From Mobula hypostoma (Eukaryota): 64,000 nt of DNA. The notes under the pieces were generated by a model. The model made no database searches. It saw only the letters and a program-made list of their open reading frames with translations, and was not told where the DNA came from. Within the stretch, counting starts at the first letter, position 1; every line of letters starts with the position of its first letter. Location of the stretch: the NCBI RefSeq assembly GCF_963921235.1, contig NC_086097.1, positions 234,672,001 to 234,736,000 on the forward strand, given 5' to 3'. The position numbers were made by a program, and so were the translations under genes. Shown here piece by piece: positions 51,909-63,602 of the stretch.

Positions 51909-53329
51909 TTTCCAGCATTTTGTGTTTGTTGCTCAGATTTACAGCCTCAGCAGGTTTCCTCTTGTTTGTAAAGATACCATTCCTCTGTTTGACTGTTCTG
52001 TGTTTCAAAGCATGTGGCATGGAGACCAGGAAGCCTTAATTTAGGGCTCGAACCCTTGATCAACTCCATCTCTTGCTGATTAAAGCACCAAAGAAAATTG
52101 AAACCATTGAGCCAGGTGCAGAGGGAGAGCGATTGTTCACCACTGCCTACCAGCCTCTCGCTCACTGTTGCCAGAGGAAGGTTCTGAGTGTGATGGTCTC
52201 GCTCTCCCCTCTCACTCGCTGCTCTCAAGGGAAGAGGGTCGCATTCAAGTTATCTCTCTTCCTCTCCCTTCATGCTGTCAGAAGATGGTGCTGGAGCAAG
52301 CTTTAATTGATGCAGTTTGTGGGTTGAGGACTCCAATTCACGTTTTAATCTGTGTTCTAATTTTCTGGTTGCCAGTTGCTTTTGTTGTTAGTTTGAACGA
52401 TTTTTGAATCAGGGGGGCCTGCAGCCAGGGAACACTGAGCTGAACTGAAATATACCTTTTGATTTTGTGTTTTATATTCTGTGCTTTCGCTTGTTCTTTT
52501 TTGTTACCATTTGCACTATTTGTTTTTTTCTGCACGTGGGGTCAGTTGGAAAACTGATGTTTTATTTTTGAATGGGTTCCATGGTTTTCTTTGTTTTGTG
52601 GCTGTCAGTGGGGAAGAAGGATATCAGAATTGTATAATGCATACACACTTTGATAATAAATGTACTTTGAATTGAATATTCTAAGTTCTACGTTCTGTGT
52701 TTAGTGCTTTATGTTCTATTACTGAAAATGAATTCCCTGATGACATGGATTGACTTGGATGCAAAACCAGACCTGTTGCTTACTAGCCTAATAGCACAAT
52801 TATGTCGTGTACACTTGCAGACTGGAGCCTTTTAGTTACTTGCAGTTTTCTCTCGGTTTAGTTTCATAATAAATTGTTCATTAGTTAAGTAATTAAAAGA
52901 AACAAGTGTTAGCTGTCAAATGGAAAATAAAGTTATTGAAAAATCAACCTGCTGTCTCTCATTCTTCAGTGCAATGAAGTGTTGCCTAGAAGTTATCTGA
53001 GGAAATTTATAGCTGTTTTTTTCCCCCCTTCACACTACATAACAATAGATTCACATCACATCTCATTATTGTCAGGTGATATTTGCAATGCTGTTGCCTC
53101 AAAATGTGACCAAGGCAATTATTCAAAGAGACAGTGGAAGGGTTTGGTGCAGGCAGGAGGAGGTGAATGAACATTCTGCCACGACCATCTGGTCCCACTA
53201 TCACAAGGCCATAAGAAGATAAGAGACAGAATCAAGCTCAGGCCATTTGGCCCCTTAAACCTGTTCTGTCATTCAACAAAATCATGGCTGAAACACCTGA
53301 AACACAATTTTCCTGCCCTCTTCCCATAT

Positions 53330-53965
53330 TAGATTATGAGGACACTCAGCCCTCGTTTATTGTCATTTAGAAATGCATGCATTAAGAAATGATACAATGT
53401 TCCTCCAGTATATCACAGAAACACAAGACAGACCAAGACTAAAAATGACAAAAACCACATAATTATAACATATAGTTACAATACCGTAATTTGATAAGAG
53501 CAGACCATGGGCACGGTAAAAAAAAAGTCTCAAAGTCCCGATTGCCCCAACATCTCACGCAGACAGTAGAAGGGAGAAACTCTCCCTGCCATGAGCTTCC
53601 AGCGCCGCAAACTTGCTGATGCAGCATCCTGGAAGCACCCGACCACAGTCCAACTCTGATTCCGTCCAAGAACTTCGAGCCTCCGACACCGAGCACCGAG
53701 CACCATCTCTGCCGAGCGCTTCAACCCTGCCCCGGCCGCCGAGCAACAAGCAAAGCGGAGAATCAGGGCCTTCCCTTCTAGAGATTTCAGATCACACAGC
53801 AGCAAGACAGGCATTTCAGATGTTTCACCAGATGTTCCTCCATGCTCTCACGTCTGCCTCCATCAAATCAGAATTGTGCACGGCATCCTACTTGACAGAT
53901 AACAGATATTCATCACCAGAGAGGCTGAGCGTGCTGTGTCGCGTCGCCACCTTCTCGTCCTCCTC
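53330..53965 (-). mobile_element. Non-coding, GC/CpG-rich ~630-bp retroposon inserted in a CR1 3' UTR
   Basis: Minus strand starts GAGGACGAGAAGGTGGCGACG and ends GACAATAAACGAGGGCTGAGTGTCCTCATAATCTAA; CR1 tail sequence on both sides. Confidence 0.6.
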
Positions 53966-54951
53966 CAATCTCCTTGATTCCCTTAATAATAAGGCAGTAT
54001 GGTAGCATACTGGTTAGCATAATGCCTTACAAAGCCAGCTGTTTGATTCCTGGTACTTTGTACTGTACGCTCTCCCTGTGATTACATGAGTTTCTTCTAG
54101 GTGTTCCAGTTTCATCCCACATTCCAAAGACATATGGTTAAGGCTAGACAGTTGTGGGCATGCTATGTTGGCAAAACTTGCAAGCTGCCCAGCAAAATCT
54201 TCACTGATTTGATTTGGAGCAAATGATGCATTTCACTGTATGTTTTGATATATACATGACAAATAAAGCTTATCTTACCTTCAGTTCTATAGATCTCTCT
54301 TTTGAATGAAGCTAACAACTGAAAATCCACTGCTCCCTAGGTTAGAGAATTACAAAGATTCACCACCTACTGAGGGAAGAAACTTCTCATTTCATTCCAA
54401 ATGCCATAACTCTCACTTTAAGACTGTCACTATGACCCTAATTGTAGCTTCTTCAGCCAGGGGGAAATGTCCTTTCTGTCTCTGCACAGTCGAGTTTTTG
54501 CAGTTTATTTTTACACCTCAGTGATGTCCCCACTCATCCCCCGACCCATGAGGCAGATTGAACATCCCTGAAATCAGTCAGACAAATGTATAGCATGTAT
54601 ATCCTTTTTCTTAGGTTAGGAGAGTATATTGTGTATAAATTTTCTATTTATATTTTCACCCTTTATTCCTGTACATAAATATCTTCACACAAAGTCCATC
54701 ATAATGCTTGCAATTCGAATTGCATTTTGCATCTATAAGCTAAGCTTCAGCACTTAGTGTGCAAGTCCTTCAACTTGTCTACATAAAATTCTGGCCCAAC
54801 ATGTAGAAAACAGCAGCTATTCAGCTACTAGTATTGGAAAAGTCAGACACCTTGGAGCCTATCTATCAACATTAGGCATGTTGCAAGGATTGTGAGGCTG
54901 GGAAAGTTGCCAAGTTCCTCAGCAGTGCTGTGGGAGGGGAAGAGAGATCCT

Positions 54952-55087
54952 AAACACAAGAGATCGCACAGATGCTGGAAATCCAGAGCAATACACACAA
55001 AATGCTGTAGAAGCTCAGCAGGTCAGGCAGCATCTAGGGAGAGGAATAAATCGTCGACATTTTGGGCTGAGACCTTTCATCGGGTCT
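54952..55087 (-). mobile_element. Solo Penelope pLTR with decayed HHR
   Basis: Minus strand CCCGATGAAAGGTCTCAGCCCAAAATGTCGAC. Confidence 0.78.
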
Positions 55088-55791
55088 GTTGGAAGAGGTC
55101 CTTTTCTTGAGACATGGAGACTTCAGCAGATCCCCACAGATACATAAAGGACTATTCTTATTGATAATGCATGGAACAATACAAAAAATCAACTCCTAAC
55201 AGACTGCAGCAGTAAACCTCAGGCTTTTTTGTTACAGAAAGTTATATCTATTGATTTTTCAGTTTCCAAAGGAATTTGCTAATGTGTTTTCTAGTTCAGT
55301 ATGTGTGACTATCACACTAATTCTTTTGAAAGCTTGTATTAATTCCTCCCAAGTGAAATAATTTTGATTTTCCTAAAGGATTGCATTGTTTTCTTCACAA
55401 GTGGTTTGAAATTACGCTATTGACAGGTCTGTTTAATAGAGTCTTGGATTTTCCCCATACTTACTGCCCTTTATGCTGCTGGCATCGCAGGTGGTGTTCA
55501 GAGCTTCCTTCATCATGCCAGTAGCTACCTCTCAGTTTTCACTGATGTCAGTCATGCAGGTCCCGGATGGAGACTTAGGAATACTGTTGCACTAAGATGT
55601 AAAACGATTCTTTATTGCTGCTTCTGTAACAATTTTGTTTTACCAGTCAGGGTTGTTAGCCCTGACCTGAACCCCTAAACCTGGAGGACCAGTGGACCAC
55701 TCCTAGTCTGGCCTCTGCTCTTTGACCTGTTTGGCATAGGTGACCCTACTAAGAGCCAAAGCATAAAGTCCTGAGTACAGTCATTCTCACT

Positions 55792-56265
55792 TCTGTCTGT
55801 AAGGAGTTTGTCCATTTCCCACTGCCCGCACCCCCCACCCCCCGTGGCAACGTGGGTTTCCTCCAGGTTCTCCGGTTTCCTCCCGCGGTACAAAGATGAA
55901 AGGCTAGGTTAATTGGTCATTGTAAATTGTCCCGAGATTAGGAGGAGGGAGGGAACATCGACTCAGACCATGAGAGGCCTGCGTCAGGCACTTTCATGCC
56001 TTACAAAGCGCAGATTGGAAGTCTGTGTGGGGCGCCACTCCTCGCACAGACTAGAGCAATGTGTGGTTAAGTGCCTTGCTCAAGGACATAAACACGCTGC
56101 CACAGCTGAGGCTCGAACTAGCGACCTTCAGATCACTAGACGAACGCCTTAACCACTTGGCCACGTGCCCGAGATTAGGCGAGGAATAAATTGGGGGAAT
56201 GCTGGGTGGTGTGGCTCAAAGGAAGTGTAAGAGCCTACTTCACCCTATATGTCAATAAACAATAA
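55792..56265 (+). mobile_element. HE1-like V-SINE interrupted by another SINE
   Basis: GTGGGTTTCCTCCAGGTTCTCCGGTTTCCTCCC V-domain; resumes after 56180. Confidence 0.75.
55943..56170 (-). mobile_element. tRNA-derived SINE with CORE-like domain
   Basis: Minus strand A box TGGCCAAGTGG, B box AGTTCGAGCC, CORE-like TGTCCTTGAGCAAGGCACTTAACC; TSD (CCC)GAGATTAGG at 55931-55942 and 56168-56179. Confidence 0.85.
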
Positions 56266-56391
56266 AGCTCTCCAGGTCATTGAGGCACGCAATCCTCCAA
56301 ACCATAACAAGGTTGTGGTTCTTCTGGAGGGGTTTTTCCTAGGTTTTATGATCATTTCTTAGTTATGTATATTAACAATGTGTAATATGTT

Positions 56392-56943
56392 ACACACAAA
56401 ATGCTGGAGGAAACTCAACAGCATCTATAGAAATGAATAAACAGCCAAGACACTTCATCAGGGCTAAGAAGGAACGGGGAAGATGCCAGTATACAAAAGT
56501 AGGGGGAAGGGGAAGGAGGCTGGTTGGAAGGTGATAGGTGAAACTAGGTGGGTGGAAAAAGTAACAAGCTGGAGAAGAAGGAATCTGATAGGAGAGCAGA
56601 GTGTACCATAGGAGAAAGGGAAGGAGGATGGGAACCAGGGGGAAGTAACAGGAAGGTGAGAAGAGATTTGAAGGTCAGAGCAGGTAATAGAGAAAGGGCG
56701 GGGGTGGAGGTTGATCACCAGAAGGAGAAATTGATATTCATATCATCAGGTAGGAGGCTACCCAGATGGAATGTAAGGTGTTGCTCCTGCATCCTGAGGG
56801 TGCCCTCATGTTTTGTCAGAAGAGGAGGCTATGGACTGACACACTAGAACGCGAATGGGAATGGGAATTGAAATGTTTGGCCAACAGGAAGTCCCGCTTG
56901 TAGCAGTTGGTGCCAAGGTGCTCGATGAAGCGGTCCACCAATT
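56392..56943 (-). mobile_element. Degenerate Penelope-like element 3' end
   Basis: Same layout as 28656-29396: GGAGGCTACCCAGATGGAATGTAAGGTGTTGCTCC (GIY-YIG C-terminus), purine-rich block, pLTR with deleted HHR. Confidence 0.8.
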
Positions 56944-57720
56944 ATTATGTGTATTTACTTGGGGTACACTTGGTATTCAGCCAGTGAGGATCACCTGGAC
57001 TCTGCATTATATTATTTAACAGTTGATCCTGAAGCAACTTCTGATATAAGTGGAAGATATTAGTTTAGTGAGCAATTTGATCACTAATTTAGTTGGTTCG
57101 GCACAACATTGTGGGCCGAAGGGTCTGCTTCTGTGCTATCTTCTATGTTCTATACATCTCTCCCAATTTCTAATGGGTACAAAGAATTACAAAGGCACTG
57201 TAACAAGCTCTTCTGCCCAATGTTTCATGGCCGAATTTACACTCTTGCCAAGCTACATTTTACACCAAAGCGTTAAGCATTTCCTCCAATTTTTTTTTCG
57301 CTGCAGTTCGTATTTCCCTTTCACCACTATAATTTGTTTCAAATATTCCTTGTGAAATCAAATTTCACATTTAACCATTCCCTGTGGAGAGATTTTCTGT
57401 TGAATTCCCAGTTGGTTTAATTAGTGTTAATGTTTATTATCACTTCTACTTTTGGCCTTCCCTGCAAGTGACAATATCTCTTCAATGCTATACAAATAAA
57501 AAAATCTTTCATAATCTTAAATACCTCTGGAATTATTGAACAGTTAAAGCACAGGATGAGGCCTATCAGCCAACTGAGGTCACGCTGGCTTTAGGTTGTT
57601 CGGAGAATTTAGTAGTCCTTCAACAGCTCCTTCCTCTGCAACACTGCAAATATTTTCCCCTCACATATTGATTTCCTTTTCACAATTTGGATTTCCTTTC
57701 CCATAATTCAGAACTCCAAC

Positions 57721-58197
57721 TCCTGGGATGGCAGGACTTCCATATGATGAAAGACTGGATCGACTAGGTTTATACTCGCTGGAATTTAGAAGATTGAGAG
57801 GGGATCTTATTGAAACGTATAAGATCCTAAAGGGATTGAACAGGCTAGATGCAGGAAGATTGTTCCCGATGTTGGGGAAGTCCAGAACGAGGGGTCACAG
57901 TTTGACGACAAAGGGGAAGCCTTTTAGGACCACGATGAGGAAAAACTTCTTCACACAGAGAGTGGTGAATCTGTGGAATTCTCTGCCACAGGAAACAGTT
58001 GAGGCCAGTTCATTGGCTATATTTAAGAGGGAGTTAGATATGGCCCTTGTGGCTAAAGGGATCAGAGGGTATGGAGAGAAGGCGGGTACAGGGTTCTGAG
58101 TTGGATGATCAGCCATGATCATACTGAATGGCGGTTCAGGCTCGAAGGGCCGAATGGCCTACTCCTGCACCTATTTTCTATGTTTCTATGTTTCTAT
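57721..58197 (+). mobile_element. CR1 3' end, same subfamily as 11693-12227
   Basis: ORF 57728-58099; (TTTCTATG)n tail. Confidence 0.93.
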
Positions 58198-59330
58198 GAA
58201 CATTTGGGATTTTTCTTCCCCTGTTCAAAGATTCAAAGTACATTTATTATCAAACTATGTATGCAGTTTACAACCCTGAGATTCCTCTTTCCCACAGACA
58301 GTCAATAAACAGAGAAGACCACGGAACATAGAAACATAAAACATTAACCCTCCCTCCCCATGCGCAGAGAAAGAACAAATCATAAAAACAGCAAAAAATG
58401 AGTAAAAAACACAGAATACAAAACATTAAAAGAGTCCGGGCATAATCAGTTCAGCTCAGTTCGGTTCAATTCACCGACACATCCCTTGCTATCTGTAGGC
58501 TGCAGCACTTGTCCAACCCGATAAAAATTGCACAGAAGAGCAAAAAGAGAGGAAGTGACCATAAGTCAGAAACACACTAATAATGTGAACTATAGAGTCC
58601 AATCCACAAATAGACATCGTTAATCTGTGTCCTTTGATTCTGGAATATCTTGCCAATTAAAACAGTTGCTCTTCATTCCTAAAATCTAGAACTTGGATGG
58701 TTTCAAATTCTTCTTAAACTCATAGACTTCTCCATGTGGAAAATAGAGTCCATTTGAAATCCCTCATACCTGGCGGTAATATAGAAAACATAGAAACATA
58801 GAAAATCTAGTGAATTTTTTTCTGACGCTTTCTGATATATTCTCATCCTTCTTGAAGAATTGCGCCTTCTTTTTGTTCCAGATGCCAGCAAAACAGGAGC
58901 AGTTTTAAAGTGTTTTATAAAGTCTGAAATAGCAGTCAAATTGCTGACCAGATCCCAGTACCCAGAGTTAATGCCCAGTGCCTCCCCATACCCATCCATT
59001 CTCGGTCAGATGCAGAGTGTTTATCACACTGGTCCTTGATCCCTGAAGTCCAATTGCATAGTCCTGTTTGCAAATGGGACACAGGTGTCATTGTACAGAG
59101 GTCCTGTCCCGATAACACTCAGGACAGCCCATGACAGCTGGCAAGACTGGCATTGATTTCAACAGCTTTACAACCTCTCTGCCCTTTTACTTTTAAAGAA
59201 AATGTCCTTGATTGTTCAGTCTTGTGCTAACTGGTATAGGGTTAGCCTTGCTTACTCTGTTTAAAGCACAACTACATTTGTATTGTGTTAATAACCAGAG
59301 CCAAAATGACTGCTTTTGAGCTTCTCTCAC

Positions 59331-60337
59331 CCCAATCACACCAGCCGACTCACAGGTGAAGTGTCGCCTCATCTGGAAGGACTGTCTGGGGCCCTGAATG
59401 GTGGTGAGGGAGGAAGTGTAAGGGCATGTGTAGCACTTGTTCCACTTACAAGGATAAGTGCCGGGAGGGAGATCGGTGGGAAGGGATGGGGGCCACGAAT
59501 GGACAAGGGAGTCGCATAGGGAGCGATTCCTGCAGTAAGCAGAAAGTGGGGGGGGGGGGGGGAGGGATAAATGTGCTTGGTGGTGGGATTCCGTTGGAGG
59601 TGGTGGAAGTTATTGAGAATTATATGTTGGACACAGAGGCTGGTGGTGTGGTCGGTGAGGACAAGGTGAACCCTATTCCTAGTGGGGTGGCGGGAGGATG
59701 GGGTGAGAGCAGATGTGCGTGAAATGGCAGAGATGTAGCCACGCATTTTAATTCCACGTCCCATTCCCATTCTGATATGTCTATCCATGACCTCCTCTAC
59801 TGTCAAGATGAAGCCACACTGAGGTTGGAGAAACAACACCTTACATTCCGTCTGGGTGGCCTCCAACCAGGTAGCATGAATATTGACTTCTCTAACTTCC
59901 GTTAACGCCCCTCCTCCCGTTCTTACCCCATCCCTTATTTATTTATTTGGTTGTTTGTTTGTTTATTTATTTATTTATTACTCCTTCCCCCACCCCCTTT
60001 TTCCCTCTCTCTCTTTATTCTCTATCTGTCCCTCTCACGATAACTCCTTGCCTGCTCTCCATCTTCCTCTGGAGCTCCCCTCCTCCTTTCTTTCTCCCTC
60101 GGCCTCCTGTCCCATGATCCTCTCCCTTCTCCAGCCTTGTATCCCTTTTGCCAATCAACTCTCCAGCTCTTGGCTCCATCCCTCCCCCTCCTGTCTTCTC
60201 CTATCATTTTGCATCTCCCTCTCCCCTCCCACTTTCAAATCTCTTACTAACTCTTCTTTCAGTTAGTCCTGACGAAGGGTCTCGGCCCAAAACGTTGTGG
60301 ATGCTGTCTGGCCTGCTGCGTTCCACCAGCATTTTGT
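59331..60337 (+). mobile_element. Penelope-like element with inverted 5' segment
   Basis: 59331-59735 (minus) encodes ISAISRTSAL..RV.LVLT.H..IL.NF.HLQR.PTTKHI and the Cys-rich linker; 59736-59905 (plus) VATHFNSTSHSH..LRLEKQHL; pLTR with mutated HHR at 60265-60296. Confidence 0.88.
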
Positions 60338-60419
60338 GACTATTGAGATCTTTATCCTTTTGCAGCCCCCAGAATTGGTCATTGTAACATCGTTGGCCAA
60401 GGGGGCCCACTCTGTGTGG

Positions 60420-60752
60420 CACTGTTCTGTAGGTAATATGGTAGTATAGCCGCCAGTGTAATGCTTTATAGCGCCAGCGGTCAGGGTTCAATTCCCATCC
60501 CTCTCTGTAAGGTGTTTGTACATTCTCTCCGAGACTGTGTGCTTTCCTCCAGGTGCTATGGTTTCCTCCCACATTCCAAAGACATATGGGTCAGGGTTCA
60601 TAAGCTGTGGCCATACTATGTTGGCGCCAGAAGCATGCCAACATTTGATGGCTGCCCCAGGCATCTCTTCGGACTGTGTTGGTCATTGACACAAACAATG
60701 AATTTCACTGTATGTTTGCTATGTACCTGTGACAAATAAAGCTAATCTTTAT
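60420..60752 (+). mobile_element. V-SINE with LINE-like tail
   Basis: GGGTTCAATTCCC B box; TTTCCTCCAGGTGCTATGGTTTCCTCCCACATTCCAAAGAC; tail GTGACAAATAAAGCTAATCTTT shared with 54000-54275. Confidence 0.78.
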
Positions 60753-60774
60753 CTGTACGCTCTATGTTCTAATG

Positions 60775-60853
60775 CAGGGGTTCCCAACCTGAGATCCATG
60801 GATCCCTCGGTTAATGGAAGAGGTCCATGGCACAGAAAAGGTTGGGAACCCCA
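60775..60853. mobile_element. ~80-bp hAT-like MITE
   Basis: TIRs CAGGGGTTCCCAACCT ... AGGTTGGGAACCCC; 8-bp TSD not evident. Confidence 0.65.
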
Positions 60854-61280
60854 TGTCACAACCACGGATTTGGCAGTGCCGTAGATACGGTAGTTGCGCT
60901 TGTTAATTTACACATGTCGGCTAATTATTATTTAATCGTGATAGTATTTACCTCCATACCTGCCGTCGTAGTGGTTGTCGAGACTTGGGCAGAGCATAGC
61001 AACGCTTTGCTGCCTGTTTGCATTCGGTCTTCCCTGAGAAATTGGACTTTCGAGTCAACTGGCTCTGAAAACTAGCGGTATTCATTTAATGTTTAGATGT
61101 TCTTTTCAGCAGCAGTGTAGGCTTTGTTTTTCATTTGAGAGTTTTAGTTAACAGCCCCGTTTGGCCTGGCATTTATTGTTTTATTTTCCCTTTAACAGTG
61201 TTCGCATTAAAGTCTGTGAACTATCGACCTGCTTCAGTGTCTCTCACTCCGCACTTGGGCCATATCCGAACCTGGTAACA
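60854..61280 (+). mobile_element. Solo LTR (427 bp) with 5-bp TSD
   Basis: TGTCAC...GTAACA ends; flanks CCCCA / TCCCA; ATTAAA at ~61206. Confidence 0.78.
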
Positions 61281-61340
61281 TCCCAAGGGAACTAGGAATA
61301 AAGAGACTGCTCAATAAATATGCCATTTCAAAATCAATAG

Positions 61341-61529
61341 AAAAGATTCTGCAGATGCTGGAAATTTTGAGAAACATAGGCAAAGTGCAGGTCAGGTGGA
61401 GGGGAATAAACAGTCATTGTTTTCGGTCATGATTCCTCATCAGGTCCTGACAAAGAGCCTCAGCCAGAAGCAGTCACTATTTATTTCCCCCTCCAAAGAT
61501 GCTGCCTCATTTGCTGAGTTCCTCCAGTA

Positions 61530-61540
<11 letters not shown>
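61341..61540. mobile_element. Degenerate head-to-head Penelope pLTR hairpin
   Basis: TGGAGGGGAATAAACAGT..CATCAGG|T|CCTGAC..ACTATTTATTTCCCCCTCCA; apex 61445. Confidence 0.72.

Positions 61541-61567
<27 letters not shown>
61533..61567. repeat. (TG)n microsatellite
   Basis: Direct reading; arises from the pLTR TTTTGTGTGTG motif. Confidence 0.92.
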
Positions 61568-61575
<8 letters not shown>

Positions 61576-61790
61576 TACTCCAAAATTCATCCCCCTCTTC
61601 AGGAAAAATCAAATAACTAGAACTCATCTCTCTATGTACCATAATGGTCATCAAATCAAGATAAAGTTACTGATGAGATCACATTGCATGGATTCTCAAA
61701 GACATGCTTTGACAGGGAGAACTATGACACACTCACTCAAGTCCCCACCTCTCTAGGTGATGGTGTAATCTCAGTATCTGAAGCCAACGT

Positions 61791-63218
61791 CCAGGCCCTG
61801 GCAGAAATATTTAAAATGTCGCTGTCTACAGGTGAGGTGCCGGAGGATTGGAGAGTGGCTCATGTTGTTCTGTTGTTTAAAAAAGGATCAAAAAGAAATC
61901 CGGGAAATTATAGGCCGGTAAGTTTAACGTCGGTAGTAGGTAAGTTATTGGAGGGAGTACTAAGAGACAGAATCTACAAGCATTTGGATAGACAGGGACT
62001 TATTAGGGAGAGTCAACATGGCTTTGTGTGTGGTAGGTCATGTTTGACCAATCTATTGGAGTTTTTCGAGGAGGTTACCAGGAAAGTGGATGAAGGGAAG
62101 GCAGTGGATATTGTCTACATGGACTTCAGTAAGGCCTTTGACAAGGTCCCGCATGGGAGGTTAGTTAGGAAAATTCAGTCGCTAGGTATACATGGAGAGG
62201 TGGTAAATTGGATTAGACATTGGCTCAATGGAAGAAGCCAAAGAGTGGTAGTAGAGAATTGCTTCCCCAAGTGGAGGCCTGTGACTAGTGGTGTGCCACA
62301 GGGATCAGTGCTGGGTCCATTGTTATTTGTCATCTATATCAATGATCTGGATGATAATGTGGTAAATTGGATCAGCAAATTTGCTGATGATACAAAGATC
62401 AGAGGTGTAGTAGGCAGTGAGGAAGGTTTTCAGAGCCTACAGAGGGACTTAGACCAGCTGGAAAAATGGGCTAAAAAATGGCAGATGGAGTTTAATACAG
62501 ACAAGTGTGAGGTATTGCACGTTGGAAGGACAAACCAAGGTAGAACATACAGGGTTAATGGTAAGGCACTGAGGAGTGCAGTAGAACAGAAGGATCTGGG
62601 AATACAGATACAAAATTCCCTAAAAGTGGTGTCACAGGTAGATAGGGTCATAAAGAGAGCTTTTGGTACATTGGCCTTTATTAATCGAAGTATTGAGTAT
62701 AAGAGCTGGAATGTTATGATGAGGTTGTATAAGGCATTGGTGAGGCCGAATCTGGAGTATTATGTTCAGTTTTGGTCACCAAATTACAGGAAGGATATAA
62801 ATAAGGTTGAAAGAGTGCAGAGAAGGTTTACAAGGATGTTGCTGGGACTTGAGAAACTCAGTTACAGAGAAAGGTTGAATAGGTTAGGACTTTATTCCCT
62901 GGAGCGTAGAAGAATGAGGAGAGATTTGATAGAGGTATATAAAATTATAATGGGTATAGATATAGTGAATGCAAGCAGGCTTTTTCCACTGAGGCAAGGG
63001 GGGAAAGAAACCAGAGGACATGCCAGATGAGGTGGTAAATGCGGGTTCTTTTTTAACATTTAAGAATAAATTGGATAGATACATGGATGGGAGGTGTATG
63101 GAGGGATATGGTCTGTGTGCAGGTCAGTGGGACTAGACAGAAAATGGTTCGGCACAGCCAAGAAGGGCCAAAAGGCCTGTTTCTGTGCTGTAGTTTTTCT
63201 ATGGTTTTCTATGGTTTT
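61791..63218 (+). mobile_element. 5'-truncated CR1 with open RT frame, inserted in a Rex-like LINE remnant (~61620-63760)
   Basis: ALAEIFKMSLSTGEVPEDWR..FADDTK..; Rex-like flanks VISVSEANV / ..PDGISGRVLK; internal deletion near 63022. Confidence 0.93.
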
Positions 63219-63539
63219 CTAACCTTTAAGTGGATGAATCTATGGATGATGTTTGCGCCAGATGGTATATCGGGCCGAGTACTAAAGATCAACTGGCTGG
63301 AGTATTTATGAACAAATTCGACCTCATGCTTCTGTAGTCAAAAGTTGTTTGTAAACGTATCTATTATCCTGTTGCCAAGAAGAGCTCAGTGAGATGCCTC
63401 AATGATTAGCATCGAGCAGTACTTACATCAACTATAATGAAGTGCTTCGAGAGTTTGGTTACGATGCAAATCAACTCCTACCTTAGAGCCGTCCAGGACT
63501 TGTTTCAATTTACCACAGGTCAACAGCAGGTGTACTTTC

Positions 63540-63602
63540 CTCTAGCATTTTGTGGGTGTTACTCTGGATTTCCAGCATCTGAAGAATCTCTTCTGTTTAT
63601 GA
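63540..63602 (+). mobile_element. 63-bp Penelope pLTR 3'-end insertion with 9-bp TSD
   Basis: TGTACTTTC at 63531-63539 and 63603-63611; TTTCCAGCATCTGAAGAATCTC matches the pLTR tail. Confidence 0.7.

Noticed and set aside
58703..59118. Possible exon or ORFs with an acceptor-like TTTTTGTTCCAG
   Set aside because: The minus strand reads as a decayed CR1 C-terminus (KKD..SVRKKFTR..PGMR); no recognisable host protein
59548..59565. Poly-G run as a possible G-quadruplex
   Set aside because: Homopolymer expansion within a PLE remnant; length unreliable and no functional evidence
61684..63030. 448-aa ORF as a novel fusion RT gene
   Set aside because: Chance in-frame junction of a decayed Rex-like fragment and a truncated CR1; lacks the endonuclease and ends at a deletion
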